NCBI RefSeq assembly: GCF_001194135.2
Contig: NC_069003.1
Span: 32,165,770-32,229,769 of the forward strand
Length of the DNA stretch: 64,000 bases
Direction of reading: 5' to 3'
Origin: Octopus bimaculoides
Taxonomy: Eukaryota
This document shows, one piece after another, positions 38,979 to 52,525 of the stretch (within the stretch, counting starts at the first letter, position 1; the number at the start of each line of letters is the position of its first letter). The translations under genes and the position numbers were made by a program. The notes beneath the pieces were generated by a model. The model made no database searches. It had not been told where the DNA came from and saw only the letters and a list, made by a program, of their open reading frames with translations.

Positions 38979-40479
38979 ATGATAATGATAATAAATGAGG
39001 AGTCAAAGATGAGACCTAGATTGTCAGGGAAAGGTTTTAATGCATTAAATATTTATCTATTAACTGTTGGAGTTTTAATATAGCCATTCTAAAATGAAAT
39101 TTGTTGAATTAATCGTTTTTGTGCTTTCTGACTGACTTCTTTCTTCTGATTTAGAAGAATAATTAAATTATTGTACAACTTCCAAATCTGCACATTGTAG
39201 TAACTAAGGGAAAAACACTCGTTCAGTAATAATAATAATAATAATAGTTTATTAATGGATATTTTAATTTTTCAGTTTATTATTTATTTAATTTTAATAT
39301 TTCATTCTGAAATATTTGTTTTTAAAAACCTTTAACTTTTTTTTTTATTCTAATGAAATACAATTTCAATAACCAAAAATTATTTTTAATGAAAATAAAA
39401 TATTTTTAAAGAAATCACAATGTTTTTTTTGTTTTTTTTTGCTTATTCATTACTACTACTATTATTACTTTTTTTGTGATCAATTTACAATCATGTGCAT
39501 TTTAACAGATTCTTTTCAATTGGAAATAACTTTATTAGTTGATAAAAAGAAAAAAAAAATGATTTTTGTTTTTGCATTTTATTTCGGATATTTTTCTTAA
39601 AATATTTCAAATTGCTAACAGCAACCACCTGTAAATTAATTAGCTTAATAATAAATATCATATGAAGCATGTTGAGAACTTCTTACATTTTCCAGTTGGT
39701 TTGATCCTGTTGGTTTTTTTTTTTTTTTTTTTTTTTTTTTAAGGGAAAGAACAATATTCAAAGTCTTTACTTAGTTTAAATGTCTTAATTTACTGAAAAT
39801 GCACAAATAGGGCAAATGACTCTGCATTTACAATTTACATATTGATCTTATCTTTTGTTACTCTACACCCTCCTCCGTTCCTACTTTCTATAGCATTCTT
39901 TACTCTTCTTTCTTCCTATCTCTCTTCTCTCTCCCTCTGTTTCTCTACATCTAGACACCTTTCTTCTCTCTCTCCCTTACAAATAGATATCGTTCTCTCT
40001 CTCTCTCGCTCTCCTCTCTTGATTTTATTTATCTCCCTCCCACCAAGTATTTTATTTTGAAAATTCATGGTTGGATGGTAAAGGGGGGAGAGCAAAGTCT
40101 GTTTTTAGAGCGGGTAGATAAGTTGCGTAATTGTAATTCTTCATAACTGCTAATTCAGATTAGCAAGCTACATTGAAAGACAAATCTCTGAGAGGCTTTA
40201 TACTGAAGATTGTTGGTATTCTTACTGTGAAGTCGAAGTATAAAATCTGATGTTGAAGGTTCGTAAATGACATATGTAGCTTTGTTGTGTCTCCTTCTTT
40301 AATCTCTTCTGTTTAGTATACATCAGTTATCTATGCCTTGTTCTGAAAGACTGTGTTTTTGACAAGAGTTTGAATGAAGAGGATGGCAGTTATTTCTAAA
40401 GCTAGGCTTAATTCAATTTTATTTCTATGAAATTCTGTATGCATCAGTTTAGAAATTTAAACATTTACACAGTAATGCA

Positions 40480-40595
40480 TACACACATACATACATACAA
40501 ACATACTTATATATGTTTGTATATGTGTATGTACACACACACCTGTATGTGCGTGTATGTATATTTATATATATATATGTATCTGTATGCATGTG

Positions 40596-40648
<53 letters not shown>

Positions 40649-40670
40649 GTGTGTGTGTGTATATACATAC

Positions 40671-40728
<58 letters not shown>

Positions 40729-40930
40729 ATTTATGTCTGTATGTGTGTGTGTGTGTGTATGTATTTATGTCTGTATGTGTGTGTATGTATATATGTCTGT
40801 ATGTGTGTAGGTATATATGTCTGTATGTGTGTGTATGTACATGTCTGTATGTGTGTATATTATATATGTGTATATATATGTATACATGTATATATGTGTG
40901 TAGATATTTGTATATCGGTGTGAATATGTG
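40480..40930. repeat. Compound (TA)/(TG)/(TATG) microsatellite block
   Basis: Read directly; accounts for three overlapping ORFs. Confidence 0.95.
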
Positions 40931-43274
40931 TGTTACACGAACAATAGTTTAAAAAGAAATTGGAAGAAACATTTCCTTGTTACTGGCTACACACGTCTCA
41001 TGAATGAATAGTTTTAAATGTACAATGGTTTTAAATGTAAAAAGATAATTAGGTGCGTAAAAAGACACACTTTTTCTTGAACTGGTTAAAAGTCACCACT
41101 TTGTTTAAATAGAGATGTCTGTTAGTTACATGCAGTTGGTGGTGATACTATTGTAAACTTTGAGCAGTTTTTCTTTATTTCAAATTGTTCTTAGTTTATA
41201 AAAATGACTGTGTATGAGCTTGTCAGAATCTTTTCTTTAAATGAAGACCACTGTGAATTGAAATTCTTCATGTGTTTTTCTTTTTACGAAATGTTTAACT
41301 GTTAAATATATTTACAAAAAGTATAAAGAAAATTACAAAAGAGAAAAAAAAGAGAATTTTATCTTATTGCAAGAGTAATCTATATCCTGCCAAAGACACC
41401 TAATATATGAAATATATGTAGAAAACAAATTTTAAAAAAATGTCTGTACACATTTTCTTCTGTAACAACAAATTTCACAAAGGTTAAAGAAGTAAAAAAA
41501 AAAAAGTCATATAAAGCATCTCATCCCAACAAAACCACCCCAAATCTTTTGAAGTTGGTCCTGAAACCGCTTCTACAAAATAGATTGCCAGCCAGTAGGA
41601 TTCATTTATTTCTGTTTAATGTGACAATTATATTTTGTCATTTTATATATAGGTGCAAGCTTGGCTGTGTGGTAAGAAGCTTGCTTCCCAACCACATGGT
41701 TTTAGGTTGAATATTTTGTTGAATATTTTTGTTTGATACACTAGTTTATCTTGCTGATGTATGTATCTTTTGCCAATATGTCTTTATCCTTTATCTTTTA
41801 CTTCTTTCAGTCTTTGGATTGTGGCAATGCCAGGGCACCACTTTGAAAGTTTTAGTCAAACAAATCAACCCCCACCACTTTTTTTTTTAAAGTTTTTTGT
41901 TGAACTACTTAGTTACAGGGGATGGGAATGTAAAACCAGCATTGGTTGTCAAGTGGGGTTGATGTAATAGATCAACCTCTCCTCTGAAGTTACTGGCCTT
42001 GAGCCAGGTAGAGGGGAACAAAGATAGATACACACACACACACACAGAGTTACTATTTATGAAATCCATTCACAAGGTTGCCTTGGGGCTGTAGAAGATG
42101 CCTGCACAAGGTGCCATACAGTGGGACTGAACCCAGAACCACATGGATGCAAAGAGAGCTTCTTAACCACACAGCCATGCCTGCACCTGTTTATTCCGTT
42201 TTGTGGAATTATTTCTACTTCCTATTCCTTAACTCTCTAATGCCTACTGGTAATAAATTCTGATACTTCAAACATTGAACTCTATGGGAAGTAATAACAA
42301 AACTGAAAGCTTGGATATGCTCTAAGGATTCTTTATTTTTGAACAACATTATTTCCTGTAAAGAATTATTAATATCCCCTAATTTTAAAGTTATTGAAAT
42401 TGTGCACATATGTGTGTGTGTGGTTTATATTAAACACACCCCTTACTGAAAAGAAAAACTAGGAAAAAGGCCAATAAATAATTTTCTTCCTGCATATTGA
42501 TAATTCATGCATTCTAGAGTAAAGTTTTAACATTTGTAAGAATTCTCAGGAGAAATGGAATTCATTACTTTTATTTAAAAGCTCTATAAATTTTAGACTA
42601 GAAAATACATCTTATTATTATTAAGGTGCAAGTTGGTAGAATTGTTAGCATGCCAGGCAAAATGCTTTGCAATGTTTTATTCATTGTTACATTCTGAGTT
42701 CAAATACTGCTGAGATCAACTGAGTTAGCAAAGAATGCAGCAATGCCCCCCCCCCCCCAAGGTATGTCCTCAAATACCTTATGCACCCTGTATACACACA
42801 CACATATTTTCTTCAAAAGTTACTGTTTTTAATGAAATAGCATTGAAGTTAACGTTTACTTAGATCTCCATGTAAATCTATATATGTCCAACTTTCAATT
42901 TGGTATTAAACATAGTTTGTCCTCTGATTTTTGTTTGGCATTATGTACATATGAATAGATTACATTGTGTATATCAAGATCAGAATAAAACTGGAGATTT
43001 GGTTGCAAGCAGTTCTGAGCCTGTATTTGCCTACCAACTAACATTGGTAACCAACCAACCTGGAGTAAATTACTGTTTTCTTCTGTTGATCTGGTGTTAT
43101 AGAGTGATTATGCAACTGTCTCTGTAACAGCTTTTGCGTAGTATTCTAGGACACACTAATGAAACACATGTAAATATTATGTAATTTATAATGTCGTACT
43201 AAATATAATTTTGTAATCGAATCTCCAGTTATATTTTGGTATGTGGATGTGTGTGTATATATGAATTTGTGTGT

Positions 43275-43313
<39 letters not shown>

Positions 43314-43996
43314 TATTTGTATGCTTGTATATGTGGTGGTGAATGTATGCATTGTGTGCATCTGGGTGTGAGTAATGAATGTGTGTGTGTATGTATATAT
43401 ATGGATGTATGTCTGAACGTGTGCTATCTGTGAATAATTATATTAAATCTGTTAAATGCTTCCACTCTGGCATGCAGGTGGATGTTAATCTATGTAGATT
43501 TAACCATCCTAATCATCATCATCGCCATTATCATTCAAGACGGAACACATCTGCATGTGCACATTAAGTCTTTGAATGTTATTGCACATAGAACTATCAA
43601 AATATGCACATCATATAGATTTTAAGTACGTATATAGTATGTCTATATAAATGCATATCAATGTTAATTTATGTGAGATAAACAAGCTTGAGAAAGTTAA
43701 TCCCTGTTTATCTCTCATAAATCAATGTGTTTAAGACACTCTGCTCTTCTTAACATAAAAATATGTCGAGCAGTTTTATGTGTTTATACCACAAAATCAA
43801 CAGAAACTATGTGTATGTGTGTGCATGTGTATGTGTGTGTATATATGTGTGTTATGAGTCTGTGTATGTATGTATGAGTGTATATATGCATGCACAAGAG
43901 TGTATATCTATATATATGTATGCATTAGTGTGTGTATATGTATGTATGTATGTGTGTGTGTGTGTGTATATATATATATGTATGTGTGTGTGTATG

Positions 43997-44037
<41 letters not shown>

Positions 44038-44040
<3 letters not shown>

Positions 44041-44382
44041 AGTAAAAATAAATACAAAAAAGGTGTTTTTTTTGTATGATTGTGTATAGAGGTGTCATAC
44101 CGGCCATGACGAAGGGAAATAGCCCTGAAACTCGAGTCGCCTTTATATATTTATATTTATATATTTGATCCTTTATATTGAACACTCAATATTTCATCTA
44201 CATTCAATACTTTATTTCATGGTGCCATCCATTTTTATTTTATTTTATTTTATATTATATATTGTATATTATATTATATTATATATTGTATATTCCATAG
44301 TCTATACCCCACATTGGTTCTGCAGGAATATAAATAAAACATAAAAAACAGACAGTGTTGGAACTCTTTTAAACAAAATAAT
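44038..44382 (+). mobile_element. Penelope-like pLTR remnant in (TA)n
   Basis: (TA)n on both sides, contains the hammerhead followed by a T/AT-rich tract. Family assignment is inferred. Confidence 0.5.
44102..44141 (+). ncRNA. Minimal type I hammerhead ribozyme motif
   Basis: ggc-CaTGACGA-aggg(aaatag)ccct-GAAA-ctcgag-TC-gcc. Stem II is 4 bp, stem III is the palindrome ACTCGAGT, the site is GUC, and there is one extra A in the core. Confidence 0.65.
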
Positions 44383-45937
44383 ATATATATATATATATAT
44401 GTATGTATAAATACATATGTACATATATATATATGTATATATAAATGTGTATGTATGTGTGTGTGTGTGTGTGTATATGTATATATGTACAAGTAATTTC
44501 TAATGTAAGTAAACACAGACACATGCACACACATACACACACAGATATAGACAGTAAAAGTTTTAGTGTGACAGGTTACTCTGACCAAAAAAAAAAAAAA
44601 AAAAAAAATTAAATTCCTGGTAATGGAATTGGTAAAATCAGCAATCGATAGTATTAAACAGTTGTTCTCTGGGGCAGGGTATTCCATAAATCCATGTGTG
44701 TATCAAAGAAATAATTGATATATTTTACATGATGTAACATGTAGTAAACGAGAGTAAAATGAACAGGTAGTTCAGAGCACCTTAGGTCACCATGGTATTG
44801 AAGCATGTGTAGTGATGCTCTCAGTTGGCTTTTCATTTTATCATTTGCTACACATGTATACACACACATGTGCACTCACACACATGTATTGGTGGTTGTC
44901 TTTTAGTTTCTGCCCACTTACATCCACTCACAAAGTTTCGGATGACTAAGGGCTTTAGTAGAACACACTTGCACAAGGAACTTGTACTGTACTGCTGAGC
45001 CTGAAACCATATGGTTTGGAAGCAAACTTCTGAAACAAACAGCCATGCCATTGCTTTTGTAAAATATGCAATGCTTTGTGGATTTGAATACTATCCTTGT
45101 GATTAAAGTTACAACTGCATGAATATGCATTTTGCTTTGCAGTCACATGGTTATGCATTGGCTCAGCACCTTCAATCATTTAGTATCTTTTACCATAATC
45201 TTGGATCTAACTATTCTTTGTGAGAGAAATTTTGTTTATGGAAAATGTACTGAAGCTTTTTGTATATATATATGAGTGCATATTGGCGAAACATTGGTGT
45301 GTGAAGAAAGAATACTTTCTAGTATTTAGATATTGAATTATGTCTCTCTTGCTGAACCTTGATTTAACCATTCTCTAAATAGAGATCGGTAAAATAAGCC
45401 CAGAGTATTGCTGGTCGATATTATTGACTAAAATCTTTGACGGGTGTGCTCCATCAAGGCCACAGTTCTGGGAGTGAAACAGTGAAAGTATTGAAAGAAT
45501 ATTTATTACTTTTACTAGCTCCATTGCTTTGCTTGCAATCGTATTTTAATAAAGCTCTCTAAACTCTCCATTAGCTCTTTTGTTAACAAATTTCTGTTGA
45601 AATACAACTGTTTTGTTTCAGTTAATTTTAAAAATTATGGAGAATTAAAAAAAATTACTTTGTTGCAATTAAGCAGGTATTTACAGCATAAATTATAATG
45701 AAATTTTAACGGAAGGTTTTAATTTAGATCACTCTAAAAGAGGAAATTTGTATCATAGAACCAGAGGTGGTCTCTGGTTGATATTAAAATAGTTAAAATT
45801 TATTTACTAAAGCATTATTACTGACAATTTTAAATTGCTATTTAAATACTGAATAAGTAATAAAGAAGCTTGAAGTTTTTAATTTCAAATGGATTCCTGA
45901 AATCTGGAGTTTACTGATGTCTTTAGTAATTTTTATC

Positions 45938-46016
45938 TGAGTTCAAGCGGCTTTATTCTGCATGCTTTAGCTTCATTACTATGGCAACAGTCCAAATACT
46001 TATTGATCAGACCCTG
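45938..46016 (-). mobile_element. Possible Tc1/mariner terminal fragment
   Basis: Minus strand cagggtctgatcaataagtatttggactgttgccatagt resembles mariner-type TIRs (recalled, not verified). No partner TIR seen. Confidence 0.35.
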
Positions 46017-46171
46017 CATGTTTTTATATATATATATATATATATATATAGGTGTGTGTATATTTGTAATAATATAAATGGGAAAGCACATACAAGGCCA
46101 TAATATATATATCATCATTCTTTAATCTCAGTTTTCCATACTGGCATGTATATGTTTATATACATTATGCA

Positions 46172-46203
<32 letters not shown>

Positions 46204-46353
46204 CTGTTGTGTCTGGGGAGAGTCATTTTCTTTTCGTGCCTTAAAATTTAACACACTCACCGTTAAAATTTCCACTTATTATTTTTATTTTCCTAGGAAA
46301 GTGTGTTAAATTTTAAGGCACAAAAAGAAAATGACTCTCCCCAGACACAACAG
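46204..46353. repeat. Foldback: 54-bp inverted repeat (53/54 identity)
   Basis: Arms 46204-46257 and 46300-46353, flanked by (TA)n tracts. Confidence 0.92.
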
Positions 46354-47180
46354 AATATGCTTCAACACACAAAATCACATAAAAAATCTTGCAAACCAAA
46401 TCCAAAAACGAAATATATATATATATATATATATGTATATGTGTGTGGGTGTATTGAGTCCTGCAGTTTATTGCTTGTGGTGAACCAACATATATGTCTT
46501 CTTCCCAACTACTATTATTCAACCTCATATGATGTGAAGTAGACATGTATCTCCTCTATAGAAAGCCACCTCTGTTTATCATTCTATTATACTTCAGCTT
46601 CTCAACGCCTGGCATAAAGCCACCTCTCTTGCATCTAATACCCTCCTCCCATAATCAAGGGAGCTTTTCCTCCTTTCTGTTCTTGTCTTGCAACTTACTA
46701 GCCTACCTCCCTAATGTTGGTAGCATGGAAAAAATGCACCCAGTACACCCTCTTAGCTAAAGGTAAAGCTAAACTTGCCTTCTTGAGTCATGCTGACTCA
46801 TAAGGACTGGTTTCCTGGTTTCATGACGTATACATTGCCCACTTGGATGGGACACCAGTCTGTCACAGGATCACTCATTTCCGCCAGCTGAGTGAACTGG
46901 AGCAACGTGAAATGAAGTGTTTTGCTCAAGAACACAATATGTTTCCCAGACCTTGAATTGAAACCACAAGTGGTTAGGGTGTTGGACTCATGTCCAACAC
47001 CCTAACCACTAAGCCCACATGCCTTCACTAATGGTTGGCATTAGGAAGGGCATCTTGTCATCGAAAACATGCAACTGACCACAGATGCCTGGTGCAACCG
47101 TTCAGCTCACCTGATCCTGTGAAATTCTCCAACCCATGTCCATATGGAAAGTGGACATTAAATTATGATGATGTACACAC

Positions 47181-47230
<50 letters not shown>

Positions 47231-47244
47231 GTTCACATATCTCT

Positions 47245-48170
47245 TAAGTGGGGGTAGCTGATGAAGGAAAATGTTCTCTATGTGGCTTGTGTGTTTTCTG
47301 TACTCTGGTTATTATTATTTTCTTGTCTACGCTTTGTTTGCAATGTCCTGTACCCAGATATNNNNNNNNNNTATGTGGCTTGTGTGTTTTCTGTACTCTG
47401 GTTATTATTATTTTCTTGTCTACGCTTTGTTTGCAATGTCCTGTACCCAGATATGCACCTATATATACAGGTAGACGTAGGTATGCACATACCTGTATGT
47501 ATATATGCATATACTCATTTATTATTTGTTTTACATGATCGAACGCCTGCGTCATCCCTCTTGTAAGTAGTTTTTTCAACTTTATATTTTCTGACGCGAT
47601 TCTCTCTCTTTCTATATCACTTTTTCCCCCTCTCGTTCTTCCTCTGTTACTACTACGTATCTCTCTTTACCCCTCTCGTTCTTCCTTCTGTTACTACTAT
47701 ATCTCTCTCTTTCCCCTCTCGATCTTCCTTCTGTCACTACTATATTCCTCTCTTCCTCTCTTTCTCTCGTTGCTCACCTATTCTTCTACTTCCTCCCTTT
47801 GTTTCTCCCTCTACCACTCTCTCTCTCCCTTACCCCTGCCTGGTCACATGCTTCCGGTCACTAATCCTTTTCTTCCTTGGCTATCGCCGAGCAAACACGC
47901 GAACTTACTTCGTCCCCACTTTCAGTTTGTGCCTCACAGCGTTCATATNNNNNNNNNNNNNNNNNNCGCCGGTGTTAAAACGGGGGTAGCTGATGAAGAA
48001 GAATGTTCTCTATGTGGCTTGTGTGTTTTCTGTACTCTGGTTATTATTATTTTCTTGTCTACGTTTTGTTTGCAATGTCCTGTACCCAGATATGCACCTA
48101 TATATACAGGTAGACATAGGTATGCACATAGCTGTACGTATATATGCATATATTCATTTATTATTTTATA
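47245..48170 (+). mobile_element. Element with terminal direct repeats (Penelope-like pLTR pair, inferred)
   Basis: A repeat of about 190 bp (gggggtagctgatgaag..cctgtacccagatatgcacc..) occurs at 47250 and 47982. The CpG-rich, CT-rich interior has a 41-bp unit x3. Two small gaps interrupt it. Confidence 0.5.
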
Positions 48171-48834
48171 TATATATATATATCCCTCATTGATGTATAC
48201 TGGCAAAGGATGTAAACATCAGTGGGGGAAAAAACCCAATAAATCAGTGCTTTCAAAAAAAAAAAAAGAAGAAGAAAACTTGGTGGTATACCCCTTCCCC
48301 TGTCATTCTCTCTGTCGTAAATGCAGTGAACTGGTGATTGGCCCTTTGAAAACATGTAACCAACAGTGCTATTGTTCACAAAAACGCAGGATATAAAATA
48401 GAATAAGTCAATAAGTCAATAACACTTTTATTTTTTACTTGTTTTGTTTTAACTTTTTTTTTTTTTTGGTATTTCCTAAGATCTTTTCAATTACAATTTG
48501 CATTGTGGTAACTGATAACCCATCTTTCGTTGATTTCTCTTTATTCCAATAACAACTAGCAGGTGCAAATTGAATAACAAATTCTTCACTTTATATTAGT
48601 ATTAAAGTAAAGTCTGCCACAATAGATTTTTGTTTCTTTTGTGTGTGTATGTGTGTTTTTATTTTTATTTTTACTACTTTTCGTCTTATATCATCTCTTG
48701 ATATAGTAACTGGCTGCATTCAATAAATAGCTTCTGTTTACATACACACATACATATTGTATGTGAGTGTATATATATATATATGTGTGTGGGTATATTT
48801 ACATATTCACAGGCATAAACTTGTATATATATGT

Positions 48835-48882
<48 letters not shown>

Positions 48883-50874
48883 CCACATATTACAATTGAT
48901 GAATAAGAATAAAAAAAAATACCAACTCTTCAAGATAGATAAATGATACAATACAATGAAGTGGAAGAGGAAAACCTCTTTTGCTAAAGTATTTATGCTA
49001 TTTTGATATGTTTCTCCTCAAAACTTAACACACTTTCTCCAAATGGTGTCTTGGAATCTCTGACGCTACCACATGCGGACCTCTTCACTGTCATGCTCTC
49101 TATCCATATCCTTATCATTCTTTTCAGAGTCAGCAAAATGCTTTCACTTCTAAACATTTGTCAACCATTTTTCTACAAAGTAGCCAAATATATTTCCCTT
49201 CCAGTAGTAAGTGGAAACTTGATATGGGAGAGGTCTTTTAGAGAAAATATTCTCTTTAAGCAAGTGCTTTGGCCCATTAGTTCCTGACATTCTAAGGGAG
49301 CTAGGCTCACCTAGGTTGTGACTCCTAGGTATCCTCTTGCTGTTTTTGGAAATGCCATCTTTGGTAGTGATTGAACTTGGAACTTCAGGTGATCTTATTT
49401 TGACTGTTGTCCATTGTTTCAAGCACGTTTTAGCATTGTTGTTCTAGCCTTTTTTAACCAATCATATATGATTCGTCCCAAAGAACCAACTTCTAAATAA
49501 GAGTTTTGCTTCCACTAGTGAAAGCTATATGTATTTTTCAGAAAGCGCCATACCAATTAAACTTTATGCAGCATTCGCTATTAGTTTATGCGCAGGCTAT
49601 GTGAGAAGACAGAATTAAGGGGCTTTTGTTAGCTTATCTCTCTGAAAAAGTAGCTCCCTTTGCTGTTGAAAAAAAAATAAACTCACAGAGGGGAAGTTTG
49701 AACGTCTTCCTTCAAGTTCATTACACCATTTATGTGGCTGTTTCTGACAAGAAATTTCGCTTTCATGTAAAACAACTATATTTTGTAGTCATTATCAATA
49801 ATCTACTCCCAAACACTTCAGTGGCTCTACTTTGCATCGCTTGCAAACTTATATGTTCTATGATCATTAAAGCGCAATGACTTCCACAATAACCAGCCTT
49901 CAGTTTGATTTTCCATTCTTAGGTTAATCGGAGATGTAGATTGCTGTGTGACTCATAAACCTTCTTGGTAGTTCAACTATTTAGTGAAAAAAATACCACC
50001 AAAGCAGCTTAAACTATCCAAAGGACAGGTGCATTTGTTAGTATATATATATAGACCAGAAACTCTTGTATAATATAATTTTGCATAATATAATTTGTAC
50101 CTACCCCTGCATGTGTATATATGTGTATTTAGTTGGTATATTTGTAGACAACTCATTTGTAATGTATAAATATAAAAAATAGTTTTCATTTCTTTACAGA
50201 ACATAGATTTGGTCTATGAACCTCTGGATTATGGGCATAGTACACTTGTACTGCACCATTCTGTTCAACAAGTGATTAAGCAAATATGTAATGCAGTATT
50301 TCTTATGTTGTCTGTTCTGGGTTACATTACTTCTATTACATCATCCATCATATGTTATTTATTTATTTCTATGCATTGAACTGTGTCAAATGTATGAAAT
50401 ATCCTAACTACACAATACATGCTTCAGCATTGGGATGTTAATTTACTGACTGAAAGGTGACATTTCATTCTGTTGGATACTCATAGTGTCACATTTAACA
50501 AACCATATGCATAGATCTATGTTTACTAATTATTCTGGGTGTCTCTTCATTTGCCATTTTCAGATCAGTCAAAAGCAAATCAATTCTTTACATGTTTCCC
50601 CAGTGCAGCATAACAGGCAAGCTTGCTAGTCTTTGTAGCCATAAAATTTGTTGGATGGTTTTATCTAGAAGTTGTAATTATTGTTTCTGAAATTGTTTCA
50701 CTACTTGATTGCATCTGCATTTCCATGCTGGTATGGGTTGGCTGCAACATTTTTCTTAGTGTTTTACAGCTTGATAACCTTCCTGTTACCAGCCCATTTT
50801 GTCAGGTTTATATGCAGGAATACAGTCTACCTATTCTAAAAACTGACTGCATGTGTGGACGGACACACGCACAT

Positions 50875-50908
<34 letters not shown>

Positions 50909-51052
50909 GTGCAGGCTTAGCTGTGCGCTTAGAAGCCTACTTCCCCACCACATAGTGCAGGGTTCAGTCCCACTACATGATACCTTGGGCAAAAGTCTTC
51001 TTTTATAATTGGGCAAGAGTCTTCTTTTATAATTGATTAATTAGTTAACTAA

Positions 51053-51098
<46 letters not shown>

Positions 51099-52009
51099 CT
51101 TATTGGCAAAAATGACCTTCGAAGTATGTAATATTTGTTTCAATGTGATTTTACATCGAAAAGCTTGCGAAACAAATAGAAAAATAAAATAGACACATAC
51201 ATGCAGTGAGCTTCCATATAATCTCCTTCTACTAAATTCCATTGATCAACTTAAAACTACAGAGTAGGATTGCTATCCCCATGCACATCCCTCTTCCTTT
51301 TTCAAGTGGGTTTGGGACTGGCTTTGGCAGAGTTAACTTAAAGACTACAGTAGGTAGAAAATAGTTGTCCAAGAGGCTGCGCATTAAAACTGAACCTAAA
51401 ACCATGTGGTTGTGATACAAATCTCTAAACTACACTGCTATATCTTATACCCAATGAAATACAGAAATCGAAACAGAGACTAAGAAAGCTCTGTTTTGTT
51501 ATACAGAAATTATTTCCAATTGCTTTAGTGATTCTTGCTTGGAGGGGAAAAAAAAATAGCTGTTACAAACATTTTATGGTTCGTACTAGAAAGCTATAAA
51601 ACATCTGCTTCGACAATTATACAGATATCTGGATTCATAAACCGTGCAATTTGTACTAGCACAGAGAAAAATTACATACAAAAAATATCAAAGAAAATTA
51701 TAGGAATGTTACGATGCTAGTTATGAACATCTTATTTAATAAAAAAAAAGATTTTGCACAATTATTTTTTTTTTTCTTTTTGTCTCCCCATTCAACCCCC
51801 CCCCCCATTAGTATTCTGAAGTGGATTCTATTCAGCCGATTGTATAATAGGTATAAGAAAAGAAAGTGAGGGGAAAGAAAAACTTTGTGTGTACAATAAC
51901 TGTGTAAATATTTTTCCTTTTTTTTATTTCCTATTCTTTAGTAAGAAATACTTGGTACAGAAGTAAAAATAATTCTTTCTACCATAGGCACAAGGCCTTG
52001 AAATTTCAG

Positions 52010-52413
52010 GGAAGGTGGCCACTCAGTTATATCGACTCCAGTGCTCAACTAGTACTTATTTTATGGATCCTCAAAAGGGATGATAGGCAAAGTTGACCTT
52101 GGTGGAATTTGAACTCAGAACAAGAAACTGAAAAAAATACTGCTAACATACTGTTCAGTATGTTAACAATTCTGCCAGCTTGCTATACTACTACTTGCTA
52201 TACTACTACTGGTTTCAAATTTTGCCACAACAGCAGCAATTTTGGAGCAGGGGGTTAGTTGATTACATTGACCCCAGTGTTCAACTGGTACTTATTTTAT
52301 TGACCCCGAAAGGATGGAAGGCAAAGCTGACCTTGGCAGAATTTGAACTCAGAACGTAGCGAGGACTAAGCATTTTGTCCAACGTGCTAATGGTTCTGCC
52401 AGCTCGCCACCTT
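52010..52413 (-). mobile_element. Two tandem tRNA-headed SINE copies (62463 family)
   Basis: Repeated ggtacttatttt..gaccc..aaaggatg..gcaaag.tgaccttgg..gaatttgaactcagaac blocks at about 52010-52185 and 52250-52413. Confidence 0.8.
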
Positions 52414-52414
52414 A

Positions 52415-52429
52415 ATAAATAATAATAAC

Positions 52430-52507
<78 letters not shown>

Positions 52508-52525
52508 TAATAATAATAATACTAA
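52415..52525. repeat. (AAT)n microsatellite
   Basis: Read directly. Confidence 0.95.

Noticed and set aside
45971-45988. Second X-box-like motif ATTACTATGGCAAC
   Set aside because: It lies inside a probable transposon terminal fragment, so the match is likely incidental.
47372-47451. Exact tandem duplication of about 80 bp across a 10-N gap
   Set aside because: Typical unmerged contig overlap, i.e. an assembly artefact.
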